A DNA stretch of 61,176 nucleotides from Chiloscyllium plagiosum (Eukaryota). The DNA is taken from assembly GCF_004010195.1 (NCBI RefSeq), contig NW_025215381.1, positions 1,542,949 to 1,604,124 on the forward strand, written 5' to 3'. A program made the translations under genes and the position numbers. A model generated the notes under the pieces. The model searched no databases and was not told where the DNA came from. It saw only the letters and a program-made list of their open reading frames with translations. Of the stretch, positions 1-12,827 are shown piece by piece; within the stretch, counting starts at the first letter, position 1; every line of letters starts with the position of its first letter.

Positions 1-1309
1 CCTTATCTGTACCCCTCATGGTTTTAGAAACGTCTAAAAGGTCACATCTCAACCTCCTATGCTCCAGTGAAAACAGTCCAAGCCCCTCCAACCTGTCCTT
101 TTAATTCGAACCCTCCTTCAGGACGTCATCATTTAGAAGATCACTTTGTAACTATATCCGGATTCGATGTTTGAAAGACATTTAGATAAGTACATGAATA
201 AGAAATATTTGGGGGTGGGATAACTCCATGATTCTATGATTTGATCAGAAGTGACATGACATCTGGTTATGCTCCAGCAGGTTTATATGAAATCATAAGC
301 TTTTGGAGCGCTGCTCCTTCGTCAGGAGGAAGCTTGTGATTTCACATAAACCTGGTGTTGTGTGACTTTTGTCCACCTCAGTCCAACACAGACACCTCAA
401 CGCCATGGGCCAAGTGCACGAAGGTGGGACTAGTATAGTTTGGGATTATGGTCAGCATTGGTAGGTTGGACCGAAGGATCTGCTTCCGTGCTGTATGAGC
501 CTCTGACTTTGTTAACTTCCATCTTTTACAGTAGTAGAGAGATCTTTATGCTATGTACATAACCCCACGCAGTACTGCGTCTGTCCTGGGAATGTCCTCA
601 TGTTAACATTGGATGTCTTTCCTTCCAGCCATTAGTGAACAAATGATAATATGTTTAGATTGGTGTGTCTGTAAACTGGTACATTGCAAGCATTGACCCG
701 TTTGGTCAGTCGTGAGATGATTTCGTCCTAACAGGTTCTGAAATCGCTGAAAAGACGAGTTGCCAGCATTACTGAAATATGATGCTGCCTTGCTGGACTG
801 TTTGGACACAGTGCATGCAATAAATCATTGCTAGGCAAGCGTGTGAGTGGTGCTTGATCTGGGTGTGAAATTGACTGAAAGGAAACAGGCTCGAGTTGCT
901 TGCCGTGCTAACTCGCATCGCCTGTTCAATCTGAACGACTGGCTCTGTTGTTTGTAGGCAATGATTGGACACGAGTGTTTTCATGTTTTCTGTTTGGAAG
1001 CACGTCCCTTTGTCAGTATTGTTCGTTGTAGTTTCCTGTTGGTATTCTGGGAGCTTCTCTGTTGTGTCCATCTCAGTACCTTTATATTGTCTTTCACCAT
1101 CATGCTCACTTTGAACGTAATTGAGTTCTGCTAGCCCTACCTGTGGTTTTGAATGAGACCGTTAGTTCCACTTCGTTACTCTTTGCACCTTATTTCTGTG
1201 GTCCAGTTTTCACTGGCAGGCACACAGGGTTTTAAGTAGCCCTAAGACTGACTTGAGTAATAATCGCAGTGTCAACTCAATGTGGCGTCTAGCAAAATCC
1301 AGGGGAGGT

Positions 1310-1645
1310 GATCACTGTGTGGTATAACCGCTGGACTGTTAATCCAGAAACCCAGATAATGTTCTGGGGGACCTGGATTCGAATCACAGGTGGTGAAAAT
1401 TGAGTTCAATAAATATCTGGAATTTCAAATCTAATGATGCCCATAAATCCACTGCTGATTGTTGAGGTCAAAAGCCATCTGTTTTTCACTAATGTTTATT
1501 AGGGAAGGAAACTGCCATCCTTCTCTGGTCTGGCCTACATGTGGGTCCAAATCTACAGCCATGTGGTTGATTTTTAACTGCCCTCTGGGCAATAAATGCT
1601 GAGTAGCCAACGATGCCCTCATCCTGTGAATGAATAAAGGGAAAA
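1310..1645 (+). mobile_element. tRNA-derived SINE, second family
   Basis: tRNA-like head (ggattcgaatc B-box), body shared with 45710-46065, 56325-56640 and 58890-59310. Confidence 0.7.
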
Positions 1646-1649
1646 AAAA

Positions 1650-1950
1650 ACACTTAGCATGGATCCACTGCATCCTAATCTTTTGGATGGGCCTACCATG
1701 AGGAACCTTGTCAAAAGCCTCACTAAAGTCCACGTAGACAGCATGCACTGCTCTACCCTCATCGATCACCTTCATCACCTCCTTGAAGAACTCAATCAAA
1801 TTAGTAAGACATGACCTGCCCCACACAAAGCTATGCTGACCCTCTCATTCAGCCACACTTTTGCAAATGTATGTGAATCATATGTCTAACAATTCTCTCC
1901 AGTAGCTTCTCAACAACAGACATGAGACTCACCAGTGTGTAGTTTCCTGG
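1650..1950 (-). mobile_element. CR1 LINE RT fragment
   Basis: GRSCLTNLIEFF...VYVDFSEAFDKVPHGR. Confidence 0.85.
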
Positions 1951-2039
1951 GAGGCCAATTTTGGATCCAGTTTGCTAACTTGCCTCGGATCGCAAGGATA
2001 TCTTGTCCTGTGAATGAACCAAAAAAAAACTTCTATCTC

Positions 2040-2640
2040 CTGTGGCTATTCCCCTGCAGAACAGACATATTTGGATACTGTTGAGGGGAATGGCAGCATG
2101 GTTGGTTCTGCTGCAGACAGAGGGAGAAAAAGGCATAGAAATGCTATATTTATTGGGGATTCTATCATTAGGGGAATGGATGAGCGTTTCTGTGGCTACA
2201 AACGAGAGTCCAGGATGGTATATTACCTCTGGTGCTCTGATCCTCAGATGTCTCAGAGACATTGTAGAGAGAGAGGGTGAACAGCCAGTGGTCATGGTAC
2301 TAATGACATAGGTTTAAAAAAAAAAGATGAGGTCCTAAAAGCAGGAATATGAACTGGGAAGGAAGTTGAAATGTAGGACCTCAAAGATAGTAATCCTGAG
2401 ATAACTATCAGTGTCACAAGCTAGTCAGAATAGAAACAGCAGTGTATGTAGGATGAGTACGTGGCTGAAAATGTGTGGGGGGGATGAGGGTTTCTGATTT
2501 GGGGAGCATTGGGATCAGTACTGGGGGAGGTTGGACCTGCGGATCACACCTGGGCAGGACCAGGACTGATGTCCTATGGATGTACTTGATGGAATGGTTG
2601 GGAAAGGTTTAAACTAATGTGGCAGGGGATTGGAACCAGA
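2040..2640 (+). mobile_element. CR1 LINE ORF1 (SGNH esterase-like) fragment
   Basis: AIFIGDSIIRGMDERFCG motif, decayed. Confidence 0.75.
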
Positions 2641-2780
2641 GGAGTAAGGCAGTAGGTACAGAAATTGAGGGAGAGGTAAAAACCAAGACAAGCATGAAAA
2701 AGGACAGAAACAGGCTGCTGAAAAGAGCAGGGGAGGTGTTTCAGTGTGAAAAGAATCCGAGGCAAGGTAGATGAATGTAG

Positions 2781-2910
2781 AGGAGAAAGTGAGTAGTGCA
2801 GATGCTGGAGATCAGAGCTTAAAAATGTGTTGCTGGAAAAGCGCAGCAGGTCAGGCAGCATCAGAGGAACAGGAGAATCGACGTTTCGGGCATAAGCCCT
2901 TCTTCAGGAA
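2781..2910 (-). mobile_element. Penelope-derived short element with minimal hammerhead motif
   Basis: - strand CTGAAGA-AGGGC-TTAT-GCCC-GAAAC-GTC-GA at about 2878-2909. Confidence 0.7.
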
Positions 2911-3600
2911 GGGAGTAAAAAAGGTCAATGCCATGCTTGCCTTCATTGGAAGGGGCATTGAGTAGGAGAAGAGGCAAGTTATGCTGCAGATTTACAGAGG
3001 TTTAGTTAGACCACACTTGGAATATTGCGTACAGTTCTGGTCACCACACTACCGGAGGGATGTGGATGCTTTGGAGAGGGTGCAGAAAGGATTTACTGGG
3101 ATGTTGCCTGGTATGGGGGATTTTAGCGATGAAGGAAGGTTGGATAGACTGGGGGAAGGGTCACCGGACCCAAAACGTTAACTGATTTCTCTTCACAGAT
3201 GCTGCCAGACCTGATGAGCTTTCCCGGCAATGTCTGTTTTTGTTTGCATAAACTGGGTTTGTTTTCACTGGATTGCAGGAAATTTTGGGGTGACCTGATA
3301 TAAGTCTATAAGACAGTGAATGGCGTGGGGAGAGTGGAAAGTATGAGGCTTTTTCCCAGGGTGGAGGGGTCAATTCCTCGGGAGGGGGGGGGTTAAATTT
3401 AAAAGTGAGCCTGGAATGCGCTGCCGGGTGTTTATAAGCAAACACAACAACCGCATTCGATAAACACCTGGACAATTACATGGATAGGAAGGGAATAGAG
3501 GGATATGGATCCTTCAAGTGAAGACAGTTTTTGTCTGGAAACTTGTCAGCAAAGGCTTGGAGGGCCAAATGGCTTGTACCTGTGCTGTGGTGTTCTTTGT
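2911..3600 (+). mobile_element. CR1 LINE 3' fragment with internal Penelope-derived insert (about 3150-3260)
   Basis: [28 protein letters not shown]. Confidence 0.85.
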
Positions 3601-3940
3601 ATCAGTCTTTATTGCCTGGTGCTCCAGTAAAACCATGAAAGCTGTGGGAGTGACGGGGGCGGGGGGGGTGGTCATGCTCCCATGTATCTGCTGCCCCCCT
3701 CTAGGTGGTGACGGTCATGGGTTTGGAAGGTGCTGTCTCAGGATCTGTGGTGAATTTCTGCGGTGCACCTTGCAGATGGGACACACTACTTGTAGTGAAT
3801 GGTGGATGCAGTGGGTATTTGTGGACCTGGTAACAATCGAGCAGGCTAAATGGGTAGTGTTGTTAGAACTGCACCTATCCAGGCAAGTGGGGAGTATTCC
3901 ATCACACTCTGCCTTGCACCTTGTCGATGGTGAACAGCAG

Positions 3941-4610
3941 TGTCTCAGTGGTTAGCACTTCTGCCTCACAGCACCAGGGACCTGGGTTTGATTCCTGCCT
4001 CGGGCGACTGTCTGTGTGGAGTCTGCATATTCTCCCTGTGTCTGTGTAGATTTCCTCCGGCTGCTCCGGTTTCCTACCACAGTCCAAAGATGTGCAGATT
4101 AAGGAGGATTGGCCATGCTAAATTACTCCATAGTGTTCAGGTATGTGTAGGTTAGGGTGGATTGGCCATGCTAAATTGTCCCATAGTGTTCAGGGATGTG
4201 TGGGTTAGGGTGGATTGGCTGAGCTAAATTACCCCATAGTGTGCAGGGATGTGTAGGTTAGGGTGGATTGGCCATGCTAAATTGTCCCATGGTGTTCAGG
4301 GATGTGTGGGTTAGGGTGGATTGGCCATGCTAAATTGCCCCATAGTGTTCAGGGATGTGTGGGTTAGGGTGGATTGGCCATGCTAAATTACCCCATAGTG
4401 TTCAGTGTAGGTTAGGGTGGATTGGCCATGCGAAATTACCCCATAGTGTTCAGGGATGTGTAGGTTAGGGTGGATTGGCCATGCTAAATTGCCCCATAGT
4501 GTTCAGTGTAGGTTAGGTGCATTAATCAGGGCAAATATGAACTAATAGGGTAAGGGATCTGTGGACTTGTTGGGCCAAATGGTCAGTTTCCACACTGTAG
4601 GGATTCTGTG
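3941..4610 (+). mobile_element. HE1-type V-SINE with internal tandem array of about 53-bp units (4100-4520)
   Basis: tRNA head cagtggttagcact...; V-domain gtggagtctgcatattctccc; unit gttagggtggattggccatgctaaattaccccatagtgttcagggatgtgtag, about 8 copies. Confidence 0.9.
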
Positions 4611-5989
4611 AATCATTCAGGTGTTATTTGCCGTAGCATTCCTCGCCTCTTACCTTGTCTTGCAGCCACTATATTTATATGGTGAGCCCAGTTGATTTTA
4701 AGGTTGATGGTAATCCCCAGGATTTGAGGGATCCAATGATGATAACAACACTGAATGTCAAAGGGCGGTGGTTAGATTTGTGTCTTATTGATGATGTTCA
4801 CATCCTGGCATTGGTGTGGCGTGGATGTTACTTGCCTCATGTCACCTGAAGCCTGGGTATTGTCCAGATCTTGTTGCATTTGAACTTGGACTACTTTAGT
4901 CTCTGAGGTGTCTTGAATGGGGCTGAACAGTGTGCCATCATTGGCGAATTCCCTCTGTAACGGCATTGCAGGTCTCCCATTCAACAGCAGTTCAAGAAAG
5001 CAGCTTGCTGTCACCTTCTCAAAGGTGATGGGCAATAAATGCTTGCCAGCCAGTGATGCCCATATCTTACAAGTAAAGAAAAATTGGTGCAGTTACCAAA
5101 GCTGCAGACCCATGCCACTAAGTAACGCCGAAATGACAGGGCCAGCCTTGTCAGATTACACCTTTCTAGTTGCTGATGTGGCTTGGGACCCGAAATGTGG
5201 CTTCTTAGACAGTATTTGCCATCTTTTCAACTTCTGCTGCTCTCTGATGGGACCAAATGACTCAGGAGCAGAAATAAGGCCATTCAGCCCATCGAGCCTG
5301 CTCTGCCATTCAGCCCATCGAGCCTGCTCCGCCATTCAATCATGGCTGATGATTTTCTCAACCCCATTCTCCCGCTTACTTCCCATAACCCTTGATCCGC
5401 CAGCCCTACAACGTTTGGGTAACTGGTCATTCCTTACTACCACTGTGATCCCACAGACAACATTCAAATTTGTACCCTCCTGTTGTACACAATCCCAATG
5501 GATCCAAACCCCTTCCAATTTACTTCCATTATGTGGAGTCCTGAAATGGCCCAGGAGAAAATTGTTTTAAAGAAATAATTATTTTTGTTTGGAATGTTAA
5601 AACGTTTTTTAAAAAAAAAACAATTGAAATCAAATATCTGTTGTCTTTCCTGATTTTTAAAAATTTTCTTAAATATGCATGGAAAGTTTTGAACCACACC
5701 TCCTCCACTCCCCAAAGGGTGGCGTTGCGTTTCAGAAGTTTGGTTGTAATTGTGCAAATTCTGGTTTCACTTCATTCCTGCAGCTTTTTTTCTAAGTTTG
5801 GAAATGTGCGTCACAGACTCACCAAGTTTTCTAGTGGAAATGCTGAGTCATTCTGTTATTTTTATCAGCCTTGCCTTCGGTCAACTTTTCTAGGCCCCGC
5901 TCTGAGGTTTGTAAAGTGTGGAGTTATACCATTCATAACTCCTTCGGTGCCTCAAATTAGCTGCCAAAATCCTCATCTCTCCCCTGAGA

Positions 5990-6345
5990 ATCGTAGGGTC
6001 CCTACAGTGTGGATTCTGGCCATTCGGTCCATTGCGTCCACTCTGACCCTACAAAGAGCATCCCACCCAGACCCACCTCCCTAACCTATCCTGGTAACTC
6101 TGCATGGGTTCCCATGGATAGTCCACCTAACCAGCACATCCCTGCACACTATGGGACAATTTAGCACAGCCAATCCACCCTAATCACATCTTTTGGAGTG
6201 TTGTGGGGGGGGAACGAGAGCACCCGGAGGAAACCCACACACACGGGGAATGTGCAAACTCCACACAGACAGTCACCCGAGGGTGGAATCAAACCCAGGT
6301 TTCTGGTGCTGTGAGACAGTAGTGCTAACCACTGAGCCACCATGC
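5990..6345 (-). mobile_element. HE1-type SINE
   Basis: Reverse complement of SINE head, V-domain and tail. Confidence 0.85.
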
Positions 6346-7091
6346 TACCACGTCTGGATTTGAATATTCCAAAGCACATCTGCTCACCCCACTCCCCAAA
6401 TTGTAAATGTCTGCCCACCTGAAACTCTGATGCCTGTTTACACACCAACACCAAGACCCCTTCATCTTTCCTTCCGTGCCTTCAGTATCCTCCATTCACT
6501 CTCCTGGTCCAGCATTGCATGGATTTTAAAAATTCTTGTTCACATCCCTGCCCTGTCTGCTTCTTCCCTCCCTCATCCATCTGTTGCAGCCTTGCCACCT
6601 TCCAGTTGCAGCCTTGCCACCTTCCAATTCTAGCCTTTTTGTCAGTCCCGAACTCTGTCACTCTGGCACTGGTTACCTATGTCAAGCTTTGGAGATCCCT
6701 TTTAAGATCTGCTTTCAACTCCACGTTGGTGGTCTCCAGTCTTAACATCTCTCGCACATTGCCCTACTCTTCAATACTCCTCAAAGCTACCCGAGGCCAC
6801 TTTACTTTGTGTCAATACACACAATGTCCCAGGCTCGTCGTTCAGCAGCAGAGCCATGGCTCCTCTGCACCAAGGGTGAGGGAAAGTGGACAAAGCTGGC
6901 CTGATCCCATTTGTAGCTCCGGCAGCCGTCCCAAGGGTTGTCTGGGCCTAGACCTGGCCTGTAGGGTATTCCCACTGCGGGTGATCACTTTGGCGCATGA
7001 GGCACTATCTACCCTTCCCCCAAAGCGTGTAACGTTAACGGAACAATGCAGTGACTTTGTTCCCTTGTTCACTGATGTTTCTAAGCAGCAG

Positions 7092-7233
7092 GTGGTCAGA
7101 TGTCCGGTTTCAGCTTCACATCAGCAACGAGCAGCCAACCCACGGTCTCTTCGAGCCATTATACAGGATCCGAATACAGCAGCGTCTTCAATATGGGAGT
7201 GCCTTCAAATAATGCCAGTGCTGGCACTAGCAG
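7092..7233 (+). CDS. AGFG2: AGFG-family (HRB/HRBL) ArfGAP with FG repeats, internal exon (G)GQMSGFSFTSATSSQPTVSSSHYTGSEYSSVFNMGVPSNNASAGTS
   Basis: Pyrimidine-rich tract plus tandem acceptors aag/cag/cag (7083-7091); donor CAG|gtattg at 7233; phase 2 end matches next exon; parallels the GGDQGSGF...SVF...NASS segment of human AGFG1 as recalled. Confidence 0.75.
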
Positions 7234-7354
7234 GTATTGTGGTGGCCTTTCCTCTTCCTTCACTGCCTCCCCTTTCCTCTTCGATCCTTCCTCGCGTAAT
7301 GTATTCTGTTGGGCAGGGGGAATGATGTCAGTTAAGCATTGGGCAATTTCATTG

Positions 7355-7685
7355 AATCCCTACAGTGTGTGGAAACAGGCCCTTCAGCCCACATTGACCC
7401 TCCAAAGACTATCCCATCCAAACCCATTCTCCATTACTCTACATTTACTCTCAACCAGTGCACCTAACCTTACGTATCCCTGAACACCATGGACAATTTA
7501 GCATGGCCAATTCACCCTAACCTGCACACCTTTGGATTGTGGCAGGAAACCGGAACACCCAGAGGAAACCCACGCAGACACGGGGAGAATGTGCCAACTC
7601 CACACGGACAGTCGCCCGAGGCTGGAATCGAATCCAGGTCCTTGGCGCTGTGAGGCAGCAGTGCTAACGGCTGAGCCACCGTGTC
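7355..7685 (-). mobile_element. HE1-type SINE
   Basis: Full reverse-complement copy. Confidence 0.9.
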
Positions 7686-7814
7686 GTTCTGGGGTTTAGC
7701 AACTTGTACAATCTAACAGAACAGTTGAGAGCAAGTTGGCACCCTGTTTAAGAACAGCTGCTTTTTAAAAATTTAATCACAGGTTGTGGGTGTCACTGGT
7801 CAGGTCACTGTCCT

Positions 7815-8305
7815 TGTTGTCCCTTGAGAAGTTGGTGGTCAGGTGCCATCTTGTCCCTTGAGAAGTTGGTGGTCAGGCACCATCTTTCCCTTGAGAAGTT
7901 TTTTTTTAGATTACATTAGATTACATTAGTGTGGAAACAGGCCCTTCGGCCCAACAAGTCCACACCGACCCACCGAAGCGCAACCCACCCATACACCTAC
8001 ATTTACCCCTTTAACCTAACACTACGGGCAATTTAGCATGGCCAATTCACCTTAACTGCACATCTTTGGACAGTGGGAGGAAACCGGAGCACCCGGAGGA
8101 AACCCACGCAGACACGGGGAGAACGTGCAAACTCCACACAGTCAGTCGCCTGAGGCGGGAATTGAACCCGGGTCTCTGGCGCTGTGGTCAGGTGCTATCT
8201 TGTCCCTTGAGAAGTTGGTGGTCAGGTGCTATCTTGTCCCTTGAGAAGTTGGTGGTCAGGTGCCATCTTGTCCCTTGAGAAGTTGGTGGTCAGGTGCCAT
8301 CTTGA
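7815..8305. repeat. 34-bp tandem repeat interrupted by a 5'-truncated - strand HE1 SINE (7901-8185)
   Basis: Unit tcccttgagaagttggtggtcaggtgccatcttg on both sides of the SINE. Confidence 0.85.
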
Positions 8306-8819
8306 ACCACCGCAGTCCTTCGCATGCAAGGGTCCCACAGTTCTGCTGGGGATCGAGTTCTAGGATTTTGACCTAGGGAATGTTGATTATAGTTCAAGTC
8401 AAGGTGGTGTGAAACTTGCAAGTGGGCGGTATTTCCATGCGTCTGCTGTCCTTGTCAGCCTTTGTGATTGAGGTTTTTGAAGGTATGAAAGATGTTGAAA
8501 AGGAGTCTCGGTGAGCTATTGCAGGGCATCGTCTAGGTGGTGTACAGTGCTGCAACTGTGCATCGCTGATGAAGGGAGTGAATATTGACTCTGGTGAACA
8601 GAGCATTAACCAAGTTGGCTGCTTTACCCTGGACAGTACCAATGGTCCAATACTGCTTGATTTTTGGAGCTACACTCGTCCAGCAAGTGGGGAGTACTCA
8701 CTGCACTCCTGACTTGTGTCTTGTGGACAAGCTTGGCGATGAGTTACTAGTCACAGAATTCTCAACTTTGACCTGCTCCTGAATTCTCATATTTGGCCAG
8801 TAGAATAGACTCCTTACAT

Positions 8820-9295
8820 AGAATCCCTCCTGTCTGGAAACAGGCTCTTCATCCCAGCAAGTCCACACCGACCCTCCGAAGAGTAACCCACCCAGACCTA
8901 TTCCCCCTACCCTCTTACTCCACATTTTCCCTGACAAATGCACCTAACCCACACATCCCTGAACACTACGGGCAATTTAGCACGGCCAATCCACCCTAAC
9001 CTACACATCCCTGAACACTATGGGGTAATTTAGAATGGTCAATCCATCCTAACCTACACATCCCTGAACACTATGGGGTAATTTAGCATGGCCAATCCAC
9101 CCTAACCTACACATCCCTGAACACTATGGGGCAATTTAGCCTGCCCAATCCACCCTAACCTACACATCCCTGAACACTATGGGGCAATTTAGCACGGCCA
9201 GTCCACCCTAACCTACACATCTTTGGACTGTGGGAGGAAATGGGAGCCCGGAGGAAACCCACACAGGCACGCAGAGAATGTGCAAACTCCATACA
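8820..9295 (-). mobile_element. HE1-type SINE with about 5 internal 53-bp tandem units
   Basis: ctaacctacacatccctgaacactatggggtaatttagcatggccaatccacc repeats. Confidence 0.9.
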
Positions 9296-9309
9296 GACTT
9301 GCATGGTCT

Positions 9310-9965
9310 CATTCTTTTTCCGGTTAGTAGTAAACCCCACAATGTTGATAGTGGGGGGCTTCAGTGATGGGCATGCTGTTGAGTGTCTGCCCCGAGGGCC
9401 TCTGGAAAATGTCCTGGAACTGAGATAACAGACCTCGAATAATCGCAGCCATCTTCCCTTGTGTCAGGATTAACTCCAAGCAGGAGAGAGTTTGCGCCCG
9501 ATTCCCACTGACTCCTGTTTTTCTCGGGTTTCTTGATGCCATGCATGGTCAGAGGTGGCCTTGATGTCACGGGCAGTCACTTGATCTTCTCACCCCCTGG
9601 AATTTCAGCTCTTTTGTCTCATGTTTGGGCCAAGGCTGTAACGAGATTAAATATGCAATGGCCTTGGCAAAACACAAGCCAAGTGTCCATGAGCAGGTTA
9701 TTGATGAGCAGTGCCAATTGACAGCACTATCAGTGGCCCCTTCCACCACTTTACTGCTGATTGAAAGTGGACTCTTTAGGAAATTAATGACCAGGTTGAA
9801 TGTTTCCTGCTGTTTATACCTGGGCATCGTGATAGATGCCAGTGTTCTCCACATTGTGATAGATGCCAGTGGTGTGCTTGTCCTGGCGCACACGTCTTCA
9901 GTATAATAGGCAGATTGTTGTCAGGGCCGATAGCCTTTGCAGTATCCAGTGCCTCCAACCATTTC
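9310..9965 (-). mobile_element. Old CR1/L2-group LINE RT fragment (related pieces at 3620-3940, 4620-5060, 8300-8800, 13380-14100, 16150-16600)
   Basis: Decayed EALDTAKAIGPDNNLPIILKTCAP and LSISSKVVEG RT-proximal motifs. Confidence 0.7.
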
Positions 9966-10104
9966 TTAGGAACACAAGTAGGCCATTTCACTCCTCGGGC
10001 TGCTCTGTTGTTCAATATGATCTGCTTGATCTGTCTCCATATCAATTCATAAACTTAATAAAAATTTGTCATCTCAGACTTAAATTTAACTTAGCATTAG
10101 CATT

Positions 10105-10247
10105 CTGGATTAGTGGTGCTGGGAGAGCACAGCAGTTCAGGCAGCATCCAAGGAGCTTCGAAATTGGATGTTGCCTGAACTGCTGTGCTCTTCCAGCACC
10201 ACTGATCCAGAATCTGGTTTCCAGCATCTGCAGTCATTGTTTTTACC
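10105..10247. mobile_element. Penelope-derived inverted-arm mini-element with 14-bp TSD
   Basis: Flanked by ttagcattagcatt (10091-10104 and 10248-10261); internal inverted arms. Confidence 0.75.
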
Positions 10248-10620
10248 TTAGCATTAGCATTGGCAGCCATTTGAGGAATTGAATTCCAAACTCCCCCTTC
10301 TCTTTGCGTATAGAATTGCTTTCTAACATCTCTTCTGAATGGGCCTAATCCATTTATTATGCCCCTAGTTCTAGAATCGTCACCCGTGGAAATAATTTAT
10401 CATTATTGATCCTGTCTTTCCCTGATAACGTCCTGAGGACCACCATTGGATCGCCCCATAACCTTCTAAATTCAAGAGAATGAAGACTTAATTTGTCTAA
10501 TCTCTTTTCATAACCTAACCCCTGAAGTCCAAGAGTTTCATTCTTGGAAACCGGTTTTGAACTCCCTCCAAGGTCAAAACATACATTCTAAGATGTGGTA
10601 CCCAGGTCTGCACACAGTAC

Positions 10621-10744
10621 ACATTCCTGATGAAGGGCTTTTGCCCGAAACATCGACTCTCCTGCACCTCAGATGCTGCCTGACCTGTTCTTTTCCAGCA
10701 CCTCACTCTCGACATTAATCTCCAGCATCTGCAGGCCTCACTTT
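10621..10744 (+). mobile_element. Penelope-derived short element with hammerhead motif, inserted in a CR1 fragment
   Basis: CTGATGA-AGGGC-TTTT-GCCC-GAAAC-ATC at 10627-10654; 10-bp TSD cacacagtac (10611-10620, 10745-10754). Confidence 0.75.
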
Positions 10745-11465
10745 CACACAGTACTCCAAGTGGGGTGTAATTAGAGTTTTGTATTACTGCAGCATAATAT
10801 TTGCATCCCTGTACTACAACCCTTTAAATATGAAAGACAGTATTCCATTGGCTGCCTTGACTCTTTTCTGCAACTGTTCAAGCATTTTGAAGAGCTGTAC
10901 ACCTGATCCCCTGTATGTTTTGGATATCCATTGGATTTAACATTGAGCCTTCTAAAATTAAACCCTGATCTCTCCTTTTCGGTCTGTCCTTCATCTTTTT
11001 ATTATTTCTCTTTTCTGGCTTACTGAGTAAATGTTTTTATTAGTCCTGCTTTGTTCATTAAACTGACCCTGCTTGTTCACCCTATGAATTTTCTAACAAC
11101 TTGACTGGTTCCCACCTCCCTGCCATACTCGTTTCAACCCTCCCAAGTGGTACGAGCAAAATTCCCCACAAGGATCTTGGTGCCCCTCCAGTTTGTCCCT
11201 TTTTGTGCAGGTCCTACCTGTCCCTGGAAGAGATTCCAACGATCCAGATATCTGAGTCCCTCCCTCCTACACCAGACATGTATTCACCTGTACTGTCTTC
11301 CTATTTCTGGCCTCACTAGCTTGTGGCACGGCTAATATTTTTGAGATTATAACCCAAGAGGTCCTGCATTTCAACATAGCTGAAATTCCTTTTGCAGGAC
11401 CTTATCCCCCTCCCTATCTATTTCCAGTATAGACCGTGACCTCTGGTTGATCACTCTCCCCTTTC

Positions 11466-12465
11466 TCCAGAGGTCCCCAGCATCACAGACACTTGTCTTC
11501 AGCCAAATTGATTCATTCCACACGACACCAGTTTGAACATCCCTGACAACTACCTCTGCAGCAAGTATGCTCCCCCCCGCAGGGATTGGTTGGAGCGGCT
11601 GTCGGACACACCTATCAGCATGCAGGAGTGTGGAAAGGGTCATAGGAGTTTCAGGGACATGGACACCCCCTGACAACTACCTCAGCAGCAAGTGTGCCCC
11701 CTACAGCTTCTCATCAACTGCACCGATTGGTTGGAGTAGCAGTTGAACACACCTATCGGCATGCTGGAGGTGGAAGGGGTCATAGATAGGAGTTTCAGGG
11801 ACATGGCCACACCCAAGGTTGGGGATATTGGATAAATGGCTGCCAGGCAGTCAGTACAGCAATCTCCTGTGGCTATGCTCTCTCAACTGTTTTGAATGCT
11901 GTTGGGGATGATTTGCCTATCAGGGTTTGGTGATAGCAGCAACCAGAGGAGTGGCACCACAGCTGGCTCTGTAATACAGCAGGAAGGGTCAAAGTAGAGG
12001 TATGACTACGCCTCTGTGGTCGGGGCACAGGCAGGTGCCTCTGAGGCTGCAAGCAAGACTCCAGCATGGTGTGTGGCCTTCCTGGTGCCAGGGTCGAGGA
12101 TGTCTCTGAGCGGGCACACACACCACCCCCAACAGAATCCAAAACACTATACCTGTTTGAGAGAGCGTAGCCACAGGAGATTGCTGTACTGACTGCCTGC
12201 CCTGCCAGGCAGCTATTTATCCAATAACCCCAACCTTGGGGGTGACCATGTCCCTGAAACTCCTATCTATGACCCCTTCCACCTCCTGCATGCTGATAGG
12301 TGTGTTCAACTATCATTCCAACCAATCGGTGCAGTCGATGAGAAGCTGTAGGGGGCACACTTGCTGCTGAGGTAGTTGTCAGGGGGTGTCCAACCTGATG
12401 TATCACTCGGAAAGAATCGCTTTGGCTGAAGCCTGGTGTCTGTGATGCTGGGGATCCCTGGAGCT
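11466..12465. repeat. Inverted duplication of a CR1 ORF1 fragment
   Basis: 11660-11907 is the near-identical reverse complement of 12127-12392; outer arms 11466-11510 and 12420-12463; encodes PDNYLSSKC..LEVEGVIDRSFRDM. Confidence 0.85.
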
Positions 12466-12472
12466 TGTCTTC

Positions 12473-12827
12473 AGGGTGGCCCGGTGGCACAGTGGTTAGC
12501 ACTGCTGCCTCACAGCGCCAGAGACCCGGGTTCAATTCCCACCTCAGGCGACTCTCTGTGTGGAGTTTGCACATTCTCATCGGCTGCAGGGATTGGTTGG
12601 AGCGGCAGTCGGACATGTCGCATGTCTGCGTGGGTTTCCTCCGGGTGCTCCGGTTTCCTCCCACAGTCCAAAAATGTGCAGCTTAGGTGAAATGGCTATA
12701 CTAAATTGCCCGGAGTGTTAGGTGAAGGCGTAAGTGTAGGGGAATGGGTCTGGGTGGGTTGCGCTTCGGAGGGTCGGTGTGGACTTGTTGGGCCGAAGGG
12801 CCTGTTTCCACACTAAGTAATCTAATT
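12473..12827 (+). mobile_element. HE1-type SINE carrying a 42-bp foreign insertion (12579-12620)
   Basis: Full SINE with ctaat tail; V-domain interrupted. Confidence 0.9.

Noticed and set aside
4917..5570. 217-aa ORF
   Set aside because: Patchwork of antisense LINE tails; no splice or homology support
6519..7325. 268-aa ORF
   Set aside because: No recognisable homology; overlaps the real exon in a different frame and repeat-derived sequence
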